DNA of 64,000 nucleotides from Tubulanus polymorphus. Its lineage: Eukaryota > Animalia > Nemertea. Made by a program: the position numbers and the translations under genes. Positions 28,630 through 40,180 of the stretch are shown in pieces. Location of the stretch: assembly GCF_964204645.1 (NCBI RefSeq), contig NC_134032.1, forward strand, positions 11,458,275 through 11,522,274, given 5' to 3'. A model generated the notes under the pieces. The model saw only the letters and a program-made list of their open reading frames with translations, did not search any database and was not told the origin of the DNA. The number at the start of each line of letters is the position of its first letter. Position 1 is the stretch's first letter.

Positions 28630-28963
28630 CTGCAAAGAGCCACGAGAACCATAACGTTACTAATCGCGACAATGTGGGAAAAAATTTATGAAGATACCGA
28701 TTGTCGAGGGCGAACGATCTACGGAAAAAATGATTCAAACGATCGAAAAGTATGAAGAATTAAAAAGCCATCAAAAATCTTTGGACAAAACAAAAATTAA
28801 GAAAAAAAAAACATTTTGATTTATTTCTATAAAATTTATTTCCAAACCATTAACTAAAATAAATATAAACATGTTTTGACACACGATAAGAACATGAATT
28901 AATAATTTATTTATTTTTAGCGTCGCTTACTCCTGCTGTACGAGGGTGGAACATCTCTTTAAT

Positions 28964-29349
28964 TCAATCTGGTTCAATTTTACCGAAACCGTGAACTTTT
29001 TCGACGTGCGTTTTCAGGTGAAATTTATGAGAGAACAATCTGTTACAGATGGGACACGCGAACGGACGTTCACCGGTATGTACGCGCTCGTGACGAACCA
29101 AACCCGACGGTTTCAAAAACCGTTTATTACAAATCCGACACCGATGTTTATTTTTATTCATCGGGTTCTTCGAACAATAGTCCGGACCGGCCATGCGCGA
29201 ATCGCGTGAGCGCTCCGCGCGGTTCTTAGAACCCGACGGAGTCATCGTCGGAGTCACCGGTAACCATAGCGCAGTCGTAGCAACCGTCGCCATTGTCGCG
29301 TCGTCGAACTGTTCCCATGGCAATAGAGGTGGCACGGCGATTCGGCTAC
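28964..29349 (-). CDS. Variable terminal exon C-V3 (2 C2H2), mirror of D-V3
   Basis: GGTTCTCATGGCTTTTTGCAG|GT at 29349, phase 1. Confidence 0.85.
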
Positions 29350-29422
29350 CTGCAAAAAGCCATGAGAACCTTCGTTATAATTTCAATAATGACTAATAGA
29401 TGGCGTCCGAGTCTCATAACGA

Positions 29423-29766
29423 TCAATCTTTATCTTTCAGCGAGAATAATTCCGTATTGAATTTATGAACTCGTATCAGGTGACGTTTTCGGTCGCATTT
29501 CGTTTTGAAGAAATATTCGCACATGGGGCATTTAAACGGTCGGTTACCGGTGTGAACGCGCTCATGTCGCGTCACTTTAGACAAACACGTAAAACGCTTA
29601 TCGCAAAACTGACACTGGAACGGTTTATCGCCCACGTCGCCGTGGTTATGGTTATTACGCTGATATCCGTATTGATACGCCGATTGTTGCCATGGTAACG
29701 ATGGCTGTTGAAGCGTGTCATCAGCCATTGTTGTCAATGACGACTGAAGTGGTTGAATCCACAAAG
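29423..29766 (-). CDS. Variable terminal exon C-V2 (2 C2H2), mirror of D-V2
   Basis: TTCTTCCAG|CT at 29766, phase 1; 2 aa differences from D-V2. Confidence 0.85.
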
Positions 29767-29856
29767 CTGGAAGAATGAAATAGATTTATGATTAGAGAAT
29801 AAAATTTCGTCTTTTTGTAACCTGCCCCAAAAATTGTCTGAATTGTTTCTATCTAC

Positions 29857-30136
29857 TTAGTTTGTGAAATCAGTCCAATCAGTCTGCTAGTTTATGAAAT
29901 CAGTCCGCTAGTTTGTGGAATCAGTCTGCTAGTTTATGAAATCAGTCTGCTAGTTTGTGAAATCAGTCGCCTAGTTTGTGAAATCAGTCTGCTAGTTGGT
30001 GAAATCAGTATGCTAGTTTATGAAATCAGTCTGCTAGTTTGAGAAATCAGTCTGCTAGTTTGTGGAATCAGTCCGCTAGTTTGTGGAATCAGTCTGCTAG
30101 TTTATGAAATCAATCCACTAGTTTGTCCGCTAGTTT
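29857..30136. repeat. 21-bp minisatellite GAAATCAGTCTGCTAGTTT(G/A)T
   Basis: ~12 copies; inverse copy at 43448-43685. Confidence 0.9.
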
Positions 30137-30460
30137 CCGAGTTCCTGAATCGCGAATGTTTCCATGTTGAAATTATGACGCCGTTCCAGGTGACCTTTAC
30201 GATGAGCTTTCTGCGTGAATCTCAAATCACACATGATTTAAACGGACGTTCGCCGGTATGAACACGTTCGTGTCGCGCTAAATCGATAAATCCACGGAAC
30301 TGCTTCTCGCAAAAACGACAGATCTATATTTCTCGGATTTGTCACCAGGTGGAGCTGCTTTCGCTCGACTCGGAGCAGTGATATTTTCCTGATCCGCTGA
30401 TGTTCGTTTTTCTTTACAATATCGGGTATTCATTGATTTCAGCGTTGACGATCACCGCCA
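30130..30460 (-). pseudogene. Dead variable exon C-V1 (mirror of D-V1)
   Basis: Homologous to 43080-43453 but with +2 and -4 indels in the fingers; no recognisable acceptor. Confidence 0.75.
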
Positions 30461-32084
30461 TATTTGAGAAACGGCTCATAGCAATGACGACTCGTAAGAA
30501 AGTAAACAAGGGCTGCTTTTGATCTGCTTAAATCTTAAATCCCTCGAAACAACAATGACAACTATTAGACCGGAAAATTGGAGCAAAATTGCAACAAATA
30601 GGAACACAGATAATCAAATAATGCAACTAGGGGTCCAGGGAGACCATGCCCACTTTCAAAGTGGCTTGAATTGCCCGACGATTGGACCATTTCAATACTC
30701 AACGCCCCCTGGCGAACATTTACTGAAACCAATGACCTTGAAATTCACCATGATTATAGAACACGTGATGAGCTACAATTTTTGCAATTAATCGTTGCAA
30801 CGATATATGCCTTGGTACCAATACAAAATGGAGTCTGACAGTAATTCCACTATTCAATACCCCGTGGTGACTACATAGAGAAAAACTAATGACCTTGATA
30901 CTCGCCCCAATTGATCGAAGCGTCTTTAAAATTTCCATGGAAAACTTTTAAAATGTGTGAAAACAATGGCCGCCAGTCAAGGATCTCGATTCTAATCAGC
31001 TGGGCTATTGGGCTGAATATGTGTCTAGCGGAAATAAAAACAAAATATCAAGACAATCTATAGAGCTTCTTCAAAACTTCCCAAAATAACCCATCAACGG
31101 ACAGCCTATGAAAAGTAGACGCAATAGCTTGCAGGAACTCGAGTCCCTGATTTTACTACTAGAACAGTGACACCGACCTATGCACCGACTATTGTTTTGG
31201 GACTGCTAGTATCATCAGGGTCACAAGAAATAAATACAGTTGATAAGGCACATCTGAAATATATGATACATAATTGCGGTCTCTGTACCATGATTCATGA
31301 TCAGAAATCTAGACTTTGGTAGCCACCAGGCAGCCATCTTTGATTTTTCTTGGTGAATATATCATAGGTGCATAACTACAACTGCATGCTCAATGTGCGT
31401 CACCAAGTTTCATCAGAATAAAAAAAAAAGAAAATTGACTAAAAAGATGTCAAAATGGCAGCCATCTTTTAATATTTTTCTTTTAAATTATTCGTAGGTG
31501 CACAACTAAATGGTTAAGACCAGGCGTACTCTGCACGAGATTAACAACGCATAGGCCTATGGATAGGCAGATGTCTGAATCTAGCATATGCTCTTCCTTC
31601 ATTGCGGAGGGTATAATAATAATAATTGAACTCAGCTAAACCTGGTCTGATACCAAGTCACGCCTGTGGAGTCACACCAGCTCCTATTAGGTCAGAAGGT
31701 ATAGAGAAGGTATACACTGGTACAAGGCTCAGTTCGACAGTCCTTCTTTCAGATAGAATTCAAATCCTTTGAGACCAAATGAAGTCCATCATCGACGACT
31801 TGCGAGTTTAAACAATATAGGCATATCGAAAACTTTCAGCTGTCGAACTGAAACCTACGATGTAAAGTATGTATTTTCATGCAGTAACAAGGTACGATAC
31901 TGAATTCTCTATTTCATCTCAAAATCAATTCGAAATAAATTTGTTCACTTAAATCAATTAGAAATGTCTCATTTTTGAAGTCCCAAAAGTATTTATTAAA
32001 TATCATTATTCAATAGCATATCAGGAAGATCAAATTGTTTGAAAATGCTCATGACCAGTTTAAATGAAATTTCATGAACCTTGT

Positions 32085-32101
32085 TTACTGCATGGGACGA
32101 G
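32085..32101 (-). CDS. Candidate micro terminal exon C-V0 (ARPMQ*)
   Basis: GGATCTGTGGTTTTTGTAG|CTCGTCCCATGCAGTAA, identical to 40164-40180. Confidence 0.5.
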
Positions 32102-32342
32102 CTACAAAAACCACAGATCCGCAAACTTAATCGTCAGATATTCTTATTTCTAAAATCAACAGGAAATTTAATCAGTCAACCTTTTAATAGCCAAAAACCA
32201 GAACAGCCTCCAAAAATCTTAATTCAATAATCATCGTTAAACTGGACCAACATAATTCGATTAAGATGCTTGCTTTTTGAATGCGCAAAATGTGTTTTTA
32301 AGACTCGCCACTTGAATAAATAGGATCGCTGTTAACACCTAC

Positions 32343-33533
32343 CTGATTGATCAAAAGCTCCACTTGTTCCCGGTTGTGGATCATGTTGTTGTTGAACGAT
32401 TGGTTGAGTTGAATAATCTTCATCATCTTCGCTTCCTGACGATATTTCAACCGGTTCTATTTTCATCGGTTCATTTTTAATGCTGCCGTAACCTTGGTGA
32501 TGATGTGATTGTTGAAACGGAAGTGTATCGACATCAGCGGTATTCGTATCAGTTAATTTTTCGCTGTATTTTAGTTCGATGTTTTCACCACTGGTGGCGC
32601 CACTAGACATTTCCAATTGTCCGAGGGATGGAGCGGAACTCACTATCGATTCTAATTGTTCTAATGCGTTATCGCAGCTGGAGACCGCCGGGGGCGGGGG
32701 TGTCGATAATCCACTTTCACTCGGCTGTTCGACGTTAGTTCTATTTGTTGATGTCGCGTCAACGTTTGAATCGTCAGGAATCGTAGAATTATCTGATTCC
32801 TCTTCGGCGTTTTTAATACTTTCTAAAGTTGATTCGATTTCGGCGCTCGATAAAATTTCACATCCGGTCGAATCTAGAACTGAAAAATTGACGGTTTCTG
32901 CCGATGCTGAGCTGACCGGAGCTGTTGCCGTCGACGACACAACATTTTCAGATTCATTCAATTGTTGCTGCGATACGACATTGGTAACCGATGGTTTCAA
33001 GTCCATTCCCGATTGTAACAATGTTCTCGGTGATTCACCACCAGGTGGAGCTGGTTTAACGGGTGTTGTTTGTCTAAAAGGACGAGGTGGCGTCCTCTGT
33101 TGTTGAAACTGCGTATTAAGATTGCGAACACTATTAGCCGGTGATATTTGACGGACTCCGGATTGGTTTCCCATATTCATAGGAGGAATGTTCATAGCCG
33201 GTGAAACGTGACGAGGAGGTAAACCTCGTCCTCTTCCTCTTCCGCGACCTCCTCGATTGGGCGTCATCCTCTGTTGAGCTGGTAACAGACCGACCGGTTG
33301 CTGCCCGACAGCCATCATTGTCTGTGATTGTTGAACTCGTTGCTGCGGTAGCGCCCCCGGTACGGCTGCACCTCCTCTCCGACGTTTCACAGCTTTTAAT
33401 ACGTTCTGAGCGACAGTTTTTGTTCTGCTCTGAACTTCAAATCGTCTTTTTTGTCCGGTTTTTGATTGATTCGAGCCGATGTACATAACACCTCCATCTC
33501 CGGACATTTGGTGTATTTGTCCTCTTCTCTGAC
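32343..33533 (-). CDS. Constant module C large exon
   Basis: Acceptor AATGCAG|GTC at 33533; donor TCAG|GTAGGT at 32343; both phase 1; intact ORF. Confidence 0.85.
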
Positions 33534-33649
33534 CTGCATTGAGACAATTAATTATTTACAGTTACAATCAAATCCCTTTCATCCTACCATTTCTTATCTT
33601 TAAAAGGCCCAAAATCGATGAATTAGAGGTAATAATTATAAAGACGAAC

Positions 33650-33797
33650 CTTTAGTTTGACGTCGAGACATCCATCTAAACCAGGTATTATCATCAGCAT
33701 CAATAACTAATTCATCTAACCAATCCATGTGTCGACGCAGACAACTTTTAAATGCATCCTCGCGTACGTGCACCTCGACTCCTTCCAACAGCAACAT
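33650..33797 (-). CDS. Constant module C first coding exon (49-aa domain)
   Basis: ATG at 33797; 148 nt; donor AAG|GTTCGT; joins the next exon in frame (K-G-Q-R-R). Confidence 0.85.
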
Positions 33798-34974
33798 TTT
33801 AACGTCACTTCTCTAACTATCTAACTTCTAAAATTCAACAAATTAAATTTTTTTGAATTCCACGAAAAATTTTGAATACTGGTATATCATTTTCTAAGGC
33901 CATGTTCCAACAGTTCATACAAGCCAAAATACTAGCTGTATAATTTCTTTTTCAGAAGTTACCCAAATCCTGACCCTAACTATTCATCCAAGCTTGCCCT
34001 AATGGCAATATCAAGGGGCATTGTTAAGTGTATGCTTTCAATCGCACAGCTTGAATTTGGAGTATTCTTCTATTCTGCTAGGGGCAGCTGATATGTTACA
34101 AGTGAGGCTGATTTTCAGAGGGGTGGATGTAAAAATAAAAGGGGACGGCGGCCATCCCTCTTAAACCTGTTGTCGGATTCACTCAAAAACCCTTTTCATC
34201 TGTTTCATACTGTATTATTATGATTGGCCAAAGAATGTTCATTTACTCCAGTGGAACCAGAGAAAAGAATCATATGTATTTTTTTTTCAGCTGCAGATTT
34301 GCTCTAGCAAAACATTGCATCTGATTGGCTAAAATAAATACACTGGTAGCCGAGTGGCAACCTGTCCGCCCAAGAAATTTGGGCCGTTTTGGAAACCAAC
34401 GGTGGAAGAGCAACCAGGGTTAGTGTATATTTAAGCTTCGGCAGGAGGACAGTCTAATGGTTCAGAAGAGTAATATTTACAAAACTTAGAAAGTTTATAT
34501 TGATTAATGATTGATTTTTCAGATCAATTCATCGCATCTAAACCAACAAAATTATTGTTGTGAAATATAGCTCTAAAGCCTCTCTTGACTCAAATTTAGT
34601 CTTTAGTTTGGTGTAGGTTAACTGGAGGTACTAAGTACCCCAAAATACAGTAATACAATAGGCCAATACAATAATAATAGGGCCTACATATCGGTCATCC
34701 TTATTACCGAGATGACGTATTTTACCGAGATGAAATTAAATATAACATATTTATTTGTTCCATATCGATTTTAACACTTGAAATCATATTATATTAGTAA
34801 TAAATGCCTGCTGGAGTCATATTTTACATATTTACATATACATGAAATCTGGCATGGCTGATAAAATGGCCAGTCATCCTCTGAAAGGGTTAACCTTTTA
34901 CTTATATTTGGTTAAAATCAAGCAGTGAAAATCGGTTTGAATGAGTTCTCCTCATAGTGACAACACTGACGTAC

Positions 34975-35120
34975 CGATTACGAGTACTATTCATCAATTT
35001 ACAAGCTTAATTAAGCGTGCAAACGGCGTTGAAGCGAGGTCTGCCCAACCCGTCGACTTTTCACTTTTCAGGAGCGGCTACCAGTCTATCATATAGATGA
35101 CGCCACAGTACGGACTAGCG
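34975..35120 (-). promoter_or_regulatory. Putative promoter/non-coding first exon of module C
   Basis: Homologous to 7493-7640; donor TCG|GTACGT. Confidence 0.45.
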
Positions 35121-37033
35121 CACCTGTTTTAACGCCGGACTCGCTAGCCGCCGCCGGTCTTCTGCGAAACCTTCAACGACAAAATTGTCTAGCTATAGTT
35201 AAAGTTATCAACCCCTAATAACCACATTTGAAAACGATTTCTCCCTGGTCTGTCCACTGCCGCTTCTGCCAGCCAGGCCGGGGAGGTGCCAGTGCTTCCA
35301 AGGTTCAAGCAGGGGGCAGTCTCGAGGTGCACACATCCAAATAGGGCGCTCTGGGGGTTCTCCCCAAGAAAATCTTTTAAAATTAGACGTGCGGGGACGC
35401 GTTCTGGGCACGATCAGAGTCCGGAACCAGAGTCCATTCCATTCAAAACGACCCGCGGCAAACGCACTGAACCGGCCGGCGATGAACGATACAGGACTGC
35501 CGCCGTAAAAATCGCTGGTAATTGTAAACGACGACATAAGCTAACGTATTCTCAGGGATTTTTCACATGCTTATCTTCCGTTCTCACGAAAACGCCAGTC
35601 CATAAAAAAAATCAACGAGGACTTTAGAGGGCCCACGTGCCCCCGTGCACCTCCCGGATCCGCCGTTGTCAAGTTCAAGTTCTACGACGATTTGCCGCTG
35701 CTTAACCATGACTTGGATCTACGAGCAATAATTGCTCGATCAGCTGGATTATGTAATGGCCGCAGCTGAGCACTCGATTTTTATCGCAATTTCTCTCATT
35801 CCACAATGATCAGCTCTTTCTCATATCATTCTCCGGGGCCACTCCTAGACCACACGCAGCTTTTTAGCTACGTAATTCGTTTATCGTTCATTTGACCGCC
35901 ACAGCCTTGATTATGAATGAATAGAACGTAAATGAACACTTTCTGACGATAAATTTGCTATTTTAGAATCAACTGAAATGCCGGCGGGGATGCGGAAAAA
36001 AACTTTTAGCCTAATTTTTGCAATGCTTCATTAAACACAACGACTAGCAGCAAAGTACGTTTTTTGTATAACATTCTCTCATTAGAATAACGTAAACATA
36101 GCTAAGTTGCATGCCTCAATCGCCTCGCTGAGTCCAGCTCCTCCTAGTCGCCTGTCGTACCCGCCGAGGCGTTAGTAGGATACACTTAATGACTCTTAAT
36201 TGTGAACTTCATCCAGACTCTATCGTAGGAGGGCAATAAATCCATATTTATGGGCCATGGGCCGGACAGTGGTCCAATTAGGGCCCAAGCCGTGATAAGT
36301 TCACATTCGTAAAAATTTTGACCTTGTGGCCGGGAATAGTCTGGCCGGCCGGCTTGAATCACGCGTCAGGTAGAGGTACTGAACTGTAAAAACACTAATC
36401 TGTTAATCTACTAATGTCTATAGTAAATACAAAATAACTTATTTTATATACATTATAGAAATTGGATTAATAGATTATCGTTTTTTCATTAATGTTTTTA
36501 CATTTATCTAGACTCTGATACGAGCCCGTGACCATGAGATTGTTGTTCCGAACTGATTCCTACTGCGGCAAGTGAGTCTATGAGACTGGTTCCCGGGTAA
36601 TTATCATAGAGCGTCTCTATCAAGAGTGAAGGGTTGTGGCTTTGTCCTGGGCCGTTTTTCGAGCCTCATTTAACTCGATCTCGAGTAAACTTAGGTAAGT
36701 TGATTGCTCAGTCGTCTGTAGAATATTGTCAAGTTTATTCATGTGAGTTTTGGTGATTTAAAAGCGCTTTTCTGACCAGTGTAGAATCATAGATGCGACG
36801 GGTGCGAAATCTTCCAGATTCGCAACAAAATGGCGACACTTAGTTCTCCCGACCTAGTTTAAGCTAAATCCAATCGTTTAATTATGGCGTCCAGCCACAG
36901 GGGCTTGTAAACTGGATCTCGCGAGGATGGCGCTAAATTTAAACAGCAAATAAATTCAAAATATCACAGAAATACCTTGTGTTGATGTTGTTTATTTATC
37001 CAATAAACAATTGGCTGTTATGGATCAGTATTA

Positions 37034-37519
37034 GGCCAAATAAAAAAAATTAGTTGTTTATAGTCCTCGTCCTTTTTTTCAAAAAGTTGGGTCGGCCGGG
37101 AGGGTTTATTTTTTATTTTAGATCGAGTGTTGTAAATGCGACGATTGATAAAATAAAGCATGTTTTCCATCGACTGGAAGTGTGGCGCCACAAGCAATAC
37201 AAATACAATTCAATTCATAGAACTTTATTAACTTAGATTTTAAAATCGCTCTAAATATGCTCCACAACCGGAAATCCACGCTGTGTACGCTCCATAATCG
37301 AATATTGACTTCAATTTGTTATCCAGTGAACGTACTTCGTCGATCAATAAATTGTTTTGTTTGCTGCTATACTGTCCTACAATCGACATGAAACGGTAGC
37401 TATGGCAAATATTTTCGATTGGAACCAAAATAGAACACAATAAAAAAAAAAAAATTGGGTCGAGTATTTTTCGTAGGGTCGGGCGGGGACGATAAACAAC
37501 TAATTTTTTTTATTTGGCC
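37034..37519. mobile_element. PIF/Harbinger-like MITE
   Basis: TIR GGCCAAATAAAAAAAATTAGTTGTTTAT; TTA TSD on both sides. Confidence 0.8.
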
Positions 37520-37592
37520 TTAGCGGGCGCGACGCCTTACTTTATTAAAATAACAAGGGATGAAACGGCTTCGCTTTTGCCTGTGACCGTAT

Positions 37593-37819
37593 TGATGCGA
37601 CGGAAACCACTGTGCATGCGCAGCAACTTTCCGAAAGGTTAAGATCAGTTCAAGTTCAATTGAAATTCTCGAAAACCTCTGTCAAGCCAAGGCAATCACA
37701 TTTCTGAGGAAAGTATCAATTTTTAAATTGATGTAGAAAAACTATAATGTGTAGTTTGATTGACAGCTCACTAGCACTCGGAAAGTTGCCGCGCATGCGC
37801 AGTGGTTTCCGCCGCATCA
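37593..37819. mobile_element. MITE-like element with ~42-bp inverted repeats
   Basis: TGATGCGACGGAAACCACTGTGCATGCGCAGCAACTTTCCGA ... near-perfect reverse complement. Confidence 0.65.
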
Positions 37820-38268
37820 GGCTTCCATACCGTCAATAACATAAAAAATTTCCTAGTTTTGTAAAATACATGCGTTTGTTGATGGGCTTGGGTTGGGTTT
37901 TAACTGCAGTTTAGGTCACTGTGAGGCGCTAGTGTTATTAAAGAATAGTGTTATGGTTAGATTAAATACAAAACCTAAATTATTCTTTATTACCAGTAAT
38001 CATTTTCCTGATTGACCTTATATAAAATCAATGAACAATATCCAAAACAATTTAAGTGCAAAGGATAAGGACTTAAGAGGTGGTTATGGAGGTTTGTCGA
38101 GGAGATCGAAGAGGTTTGGGCGTAGGCTACTGGTAGGGTTGGTCTAAGGCGTGATACAACACTTCAGCCCAGCCCTTTTCAGAACTTCTTGTACAATTTT
38201 GAAAAACTACTGAAATTATGAATTTTTTCAATTTTCTGAAGGTAGATCGATAATTGATTGACGTCAAA

Positions 38269-38416
38269 ATGTTGCTGTTGGAAGGTGTCGAGGTGCACGT
38301 ACGCGAGGATGCATTTAAAAGTTGTCTGCGTCGACACATGGATTGGTTAGATGAATTAGTTATTGATGCTGATGATAATACCTGGTTTAGATGGATGTCT
38401 AGACGTCAAACTAAAG
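38269..38416 (+). CDS. Constant module D first coding exon (49-aa domain)
   Basis: ATG at 38269 with an in-frame stop upstream; donor AAG|GTTCGT, phase 1. Confidence 0.85.
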
Positions 38417-38688
38417 GTTCGTCTTTAAAATCTCAATCCTCAAATTCAGTGATTTTTGGCCTTATAGAACTGTCAATGTATTTAGAAATGGAAGGGGTAT
38501 AAATGGAACTGGTGTACTAAACCAGGTGATAGGATGCTTAGAAAAATTTAAGGGGTAACAATTGGCTTAGTTTAGGTATATATAGACCTATTAGTTATTG
38601 AGGGTCAGAAATATGAAATATTAAGTGACTCTAAAGTAGTTTAATCATTGTTAAGTTCCCTGTCAATATTTGTTTTCTTTGTATTCAG

Positions 38689-39882
38689 GTCAGAGAAGAG
38701 GACAAATGAATCAAATGTCCGGAGATGGAGGTGTTATGTACATCGGAACAAATCAATCAAAAACTGGACAAAAAAGACGATTTGAAGTTCAAAGCAGAAC
38801 AAAAACTGTCGCTCAGAACGTATTAAAAGCCGTGAAACGTCGGAGAGGAGGTGCAGCTGTACCGGGGACGTTACCACAGCAACGAGTTCAATCACAAACA
38901 ATGACGGCTGTCGGGCAGCAACCGATCGGTCTGTTACCAGCTCAACAGAGAATGACGCCCAATCGAGGAGGTCGCGGAAGAGGAAGAGGACGAGGTTTAC
39001 CTCCTCGTCATGTTTCACCAGCTATGAACATTCCTCCCATGAATATGGGAAACCAATCCGGAGTCCGTCAAATATCACCGGCTAATAGTGTTCGTAATCT
39101 CAATACTCAGTTTCAACAACAGAGGACGCCACCTCGTCCTATTACACAGACAACACCCATTAAACCAGCTCCACCTGGTGGTGAATCACCGAGAATATCG
39201 TTACAATCAGGAATAGACTTGAAACCATCGGTTACCAACGTCGTATCGCAGCAACAATTGAATGAATCTGAGAATGTTGTGTCATCGACGGCAACAGCTC
39301 CGGTCAGCTCAGCATCGGCAGAAACTGTCAATTTCTCAGTTCTAGATTCGACAGGATGTGAAATATTATCGAGTGCCGAAATTGAATCGACTTTAGAAAG
39401 TATTAAAAATGCTGAGGAGGAATCGAATGATTCTACGATTCCCGACGATTCAAATGTTGACGCGGCCTCGACGAATCAAAATGAAACTAACACCGAACAG
39501 CCGAGTGAAAGTGGATTATCGACACCCCCGCCCCCGGCGGTCTCCAGCTGCGATAACGCATTAGAACAATTAGAATCAATCGTAAGTTCCGCTCCATCGT
39601 TCGATCAATTAGAACTGTCTAGCAGCGCCACCTGTGGCGAAAACATCGAACTAAAATATAGCGAGCAATTAACTGATACAAACACTGCCAATATCAATAC
39701 GCTTCCATTCCAACAATCGCATCATCACCAAGGTTACGGCAGCGTTAAAAATGAACCGATGAAAATAGAACCGGTTGAAATATCGTCAGGAAGCGACGAT
39801 GATGAAGATTATTCAACTCAACAAATCATGCAGCAACAACATGATCCACAACCGGGAACGAGTGGCGGCTTTAATCATTCTG
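38689..39882 (+). CDS. Constant module D large exon (NLS-like, RGG, SUMO/SIM-like)
   Basis: Acceptor TTTGTATTCAG|GT; donor TCTG|GTAGGT at 39882/39883, phase 1. Confidence 0.85.
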
Positions 39883-40163
39883 GTAGGTGTTAACTGCCAT
39901 TTTGTTTATTCAATTATTTATTCATTTAGGGTCAAGTTTTAAAAACCACATTTTGCAAATTCAAAAAAACCACTCATTTGCCATCAATCCAGTTTTGCTT
40001 GGTTAATTGAACAAAAAATTTAGGCCCTTGTTTTTTTTTCAAGTTTTTTTTTTGGTGCTGAGAAATAGAATTCTAATTCCGTATTGATTTTTAAAAAAGA
40101 GGAAATAAAGGTAGCTTTGAGTTACATCGCTAGTTATATTTTGCGGATCTGTGGTTTTTGTAG

Positions 40164-40180
40164 CTCGTCCCATGCAGTAA
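40164..40180 (+). CDS. Candidate micro terminal exon D-V0 (ARPMQ*)
   Basis: Acceptor-like GGATCTGTGGTTTTTGTAG|CT inside a ~48-nt block identical in C and D. Confidence 0.5.

Noticed and set aside
27992-30136. CRISPR-like arrays
   Set aside because: Head-to-tail minisatellites without unique spacers, in eukaryotic DNA with no cas genes.
38269-39882. Assignment as lola, mod(mdg4), broad or a KRAB/ZAD-ZNF ortholog
   Set aside because: No BTB, KRAB, SCAN or ZAD domain is visible; the similarity is architectural only, so no gene symbol is given.
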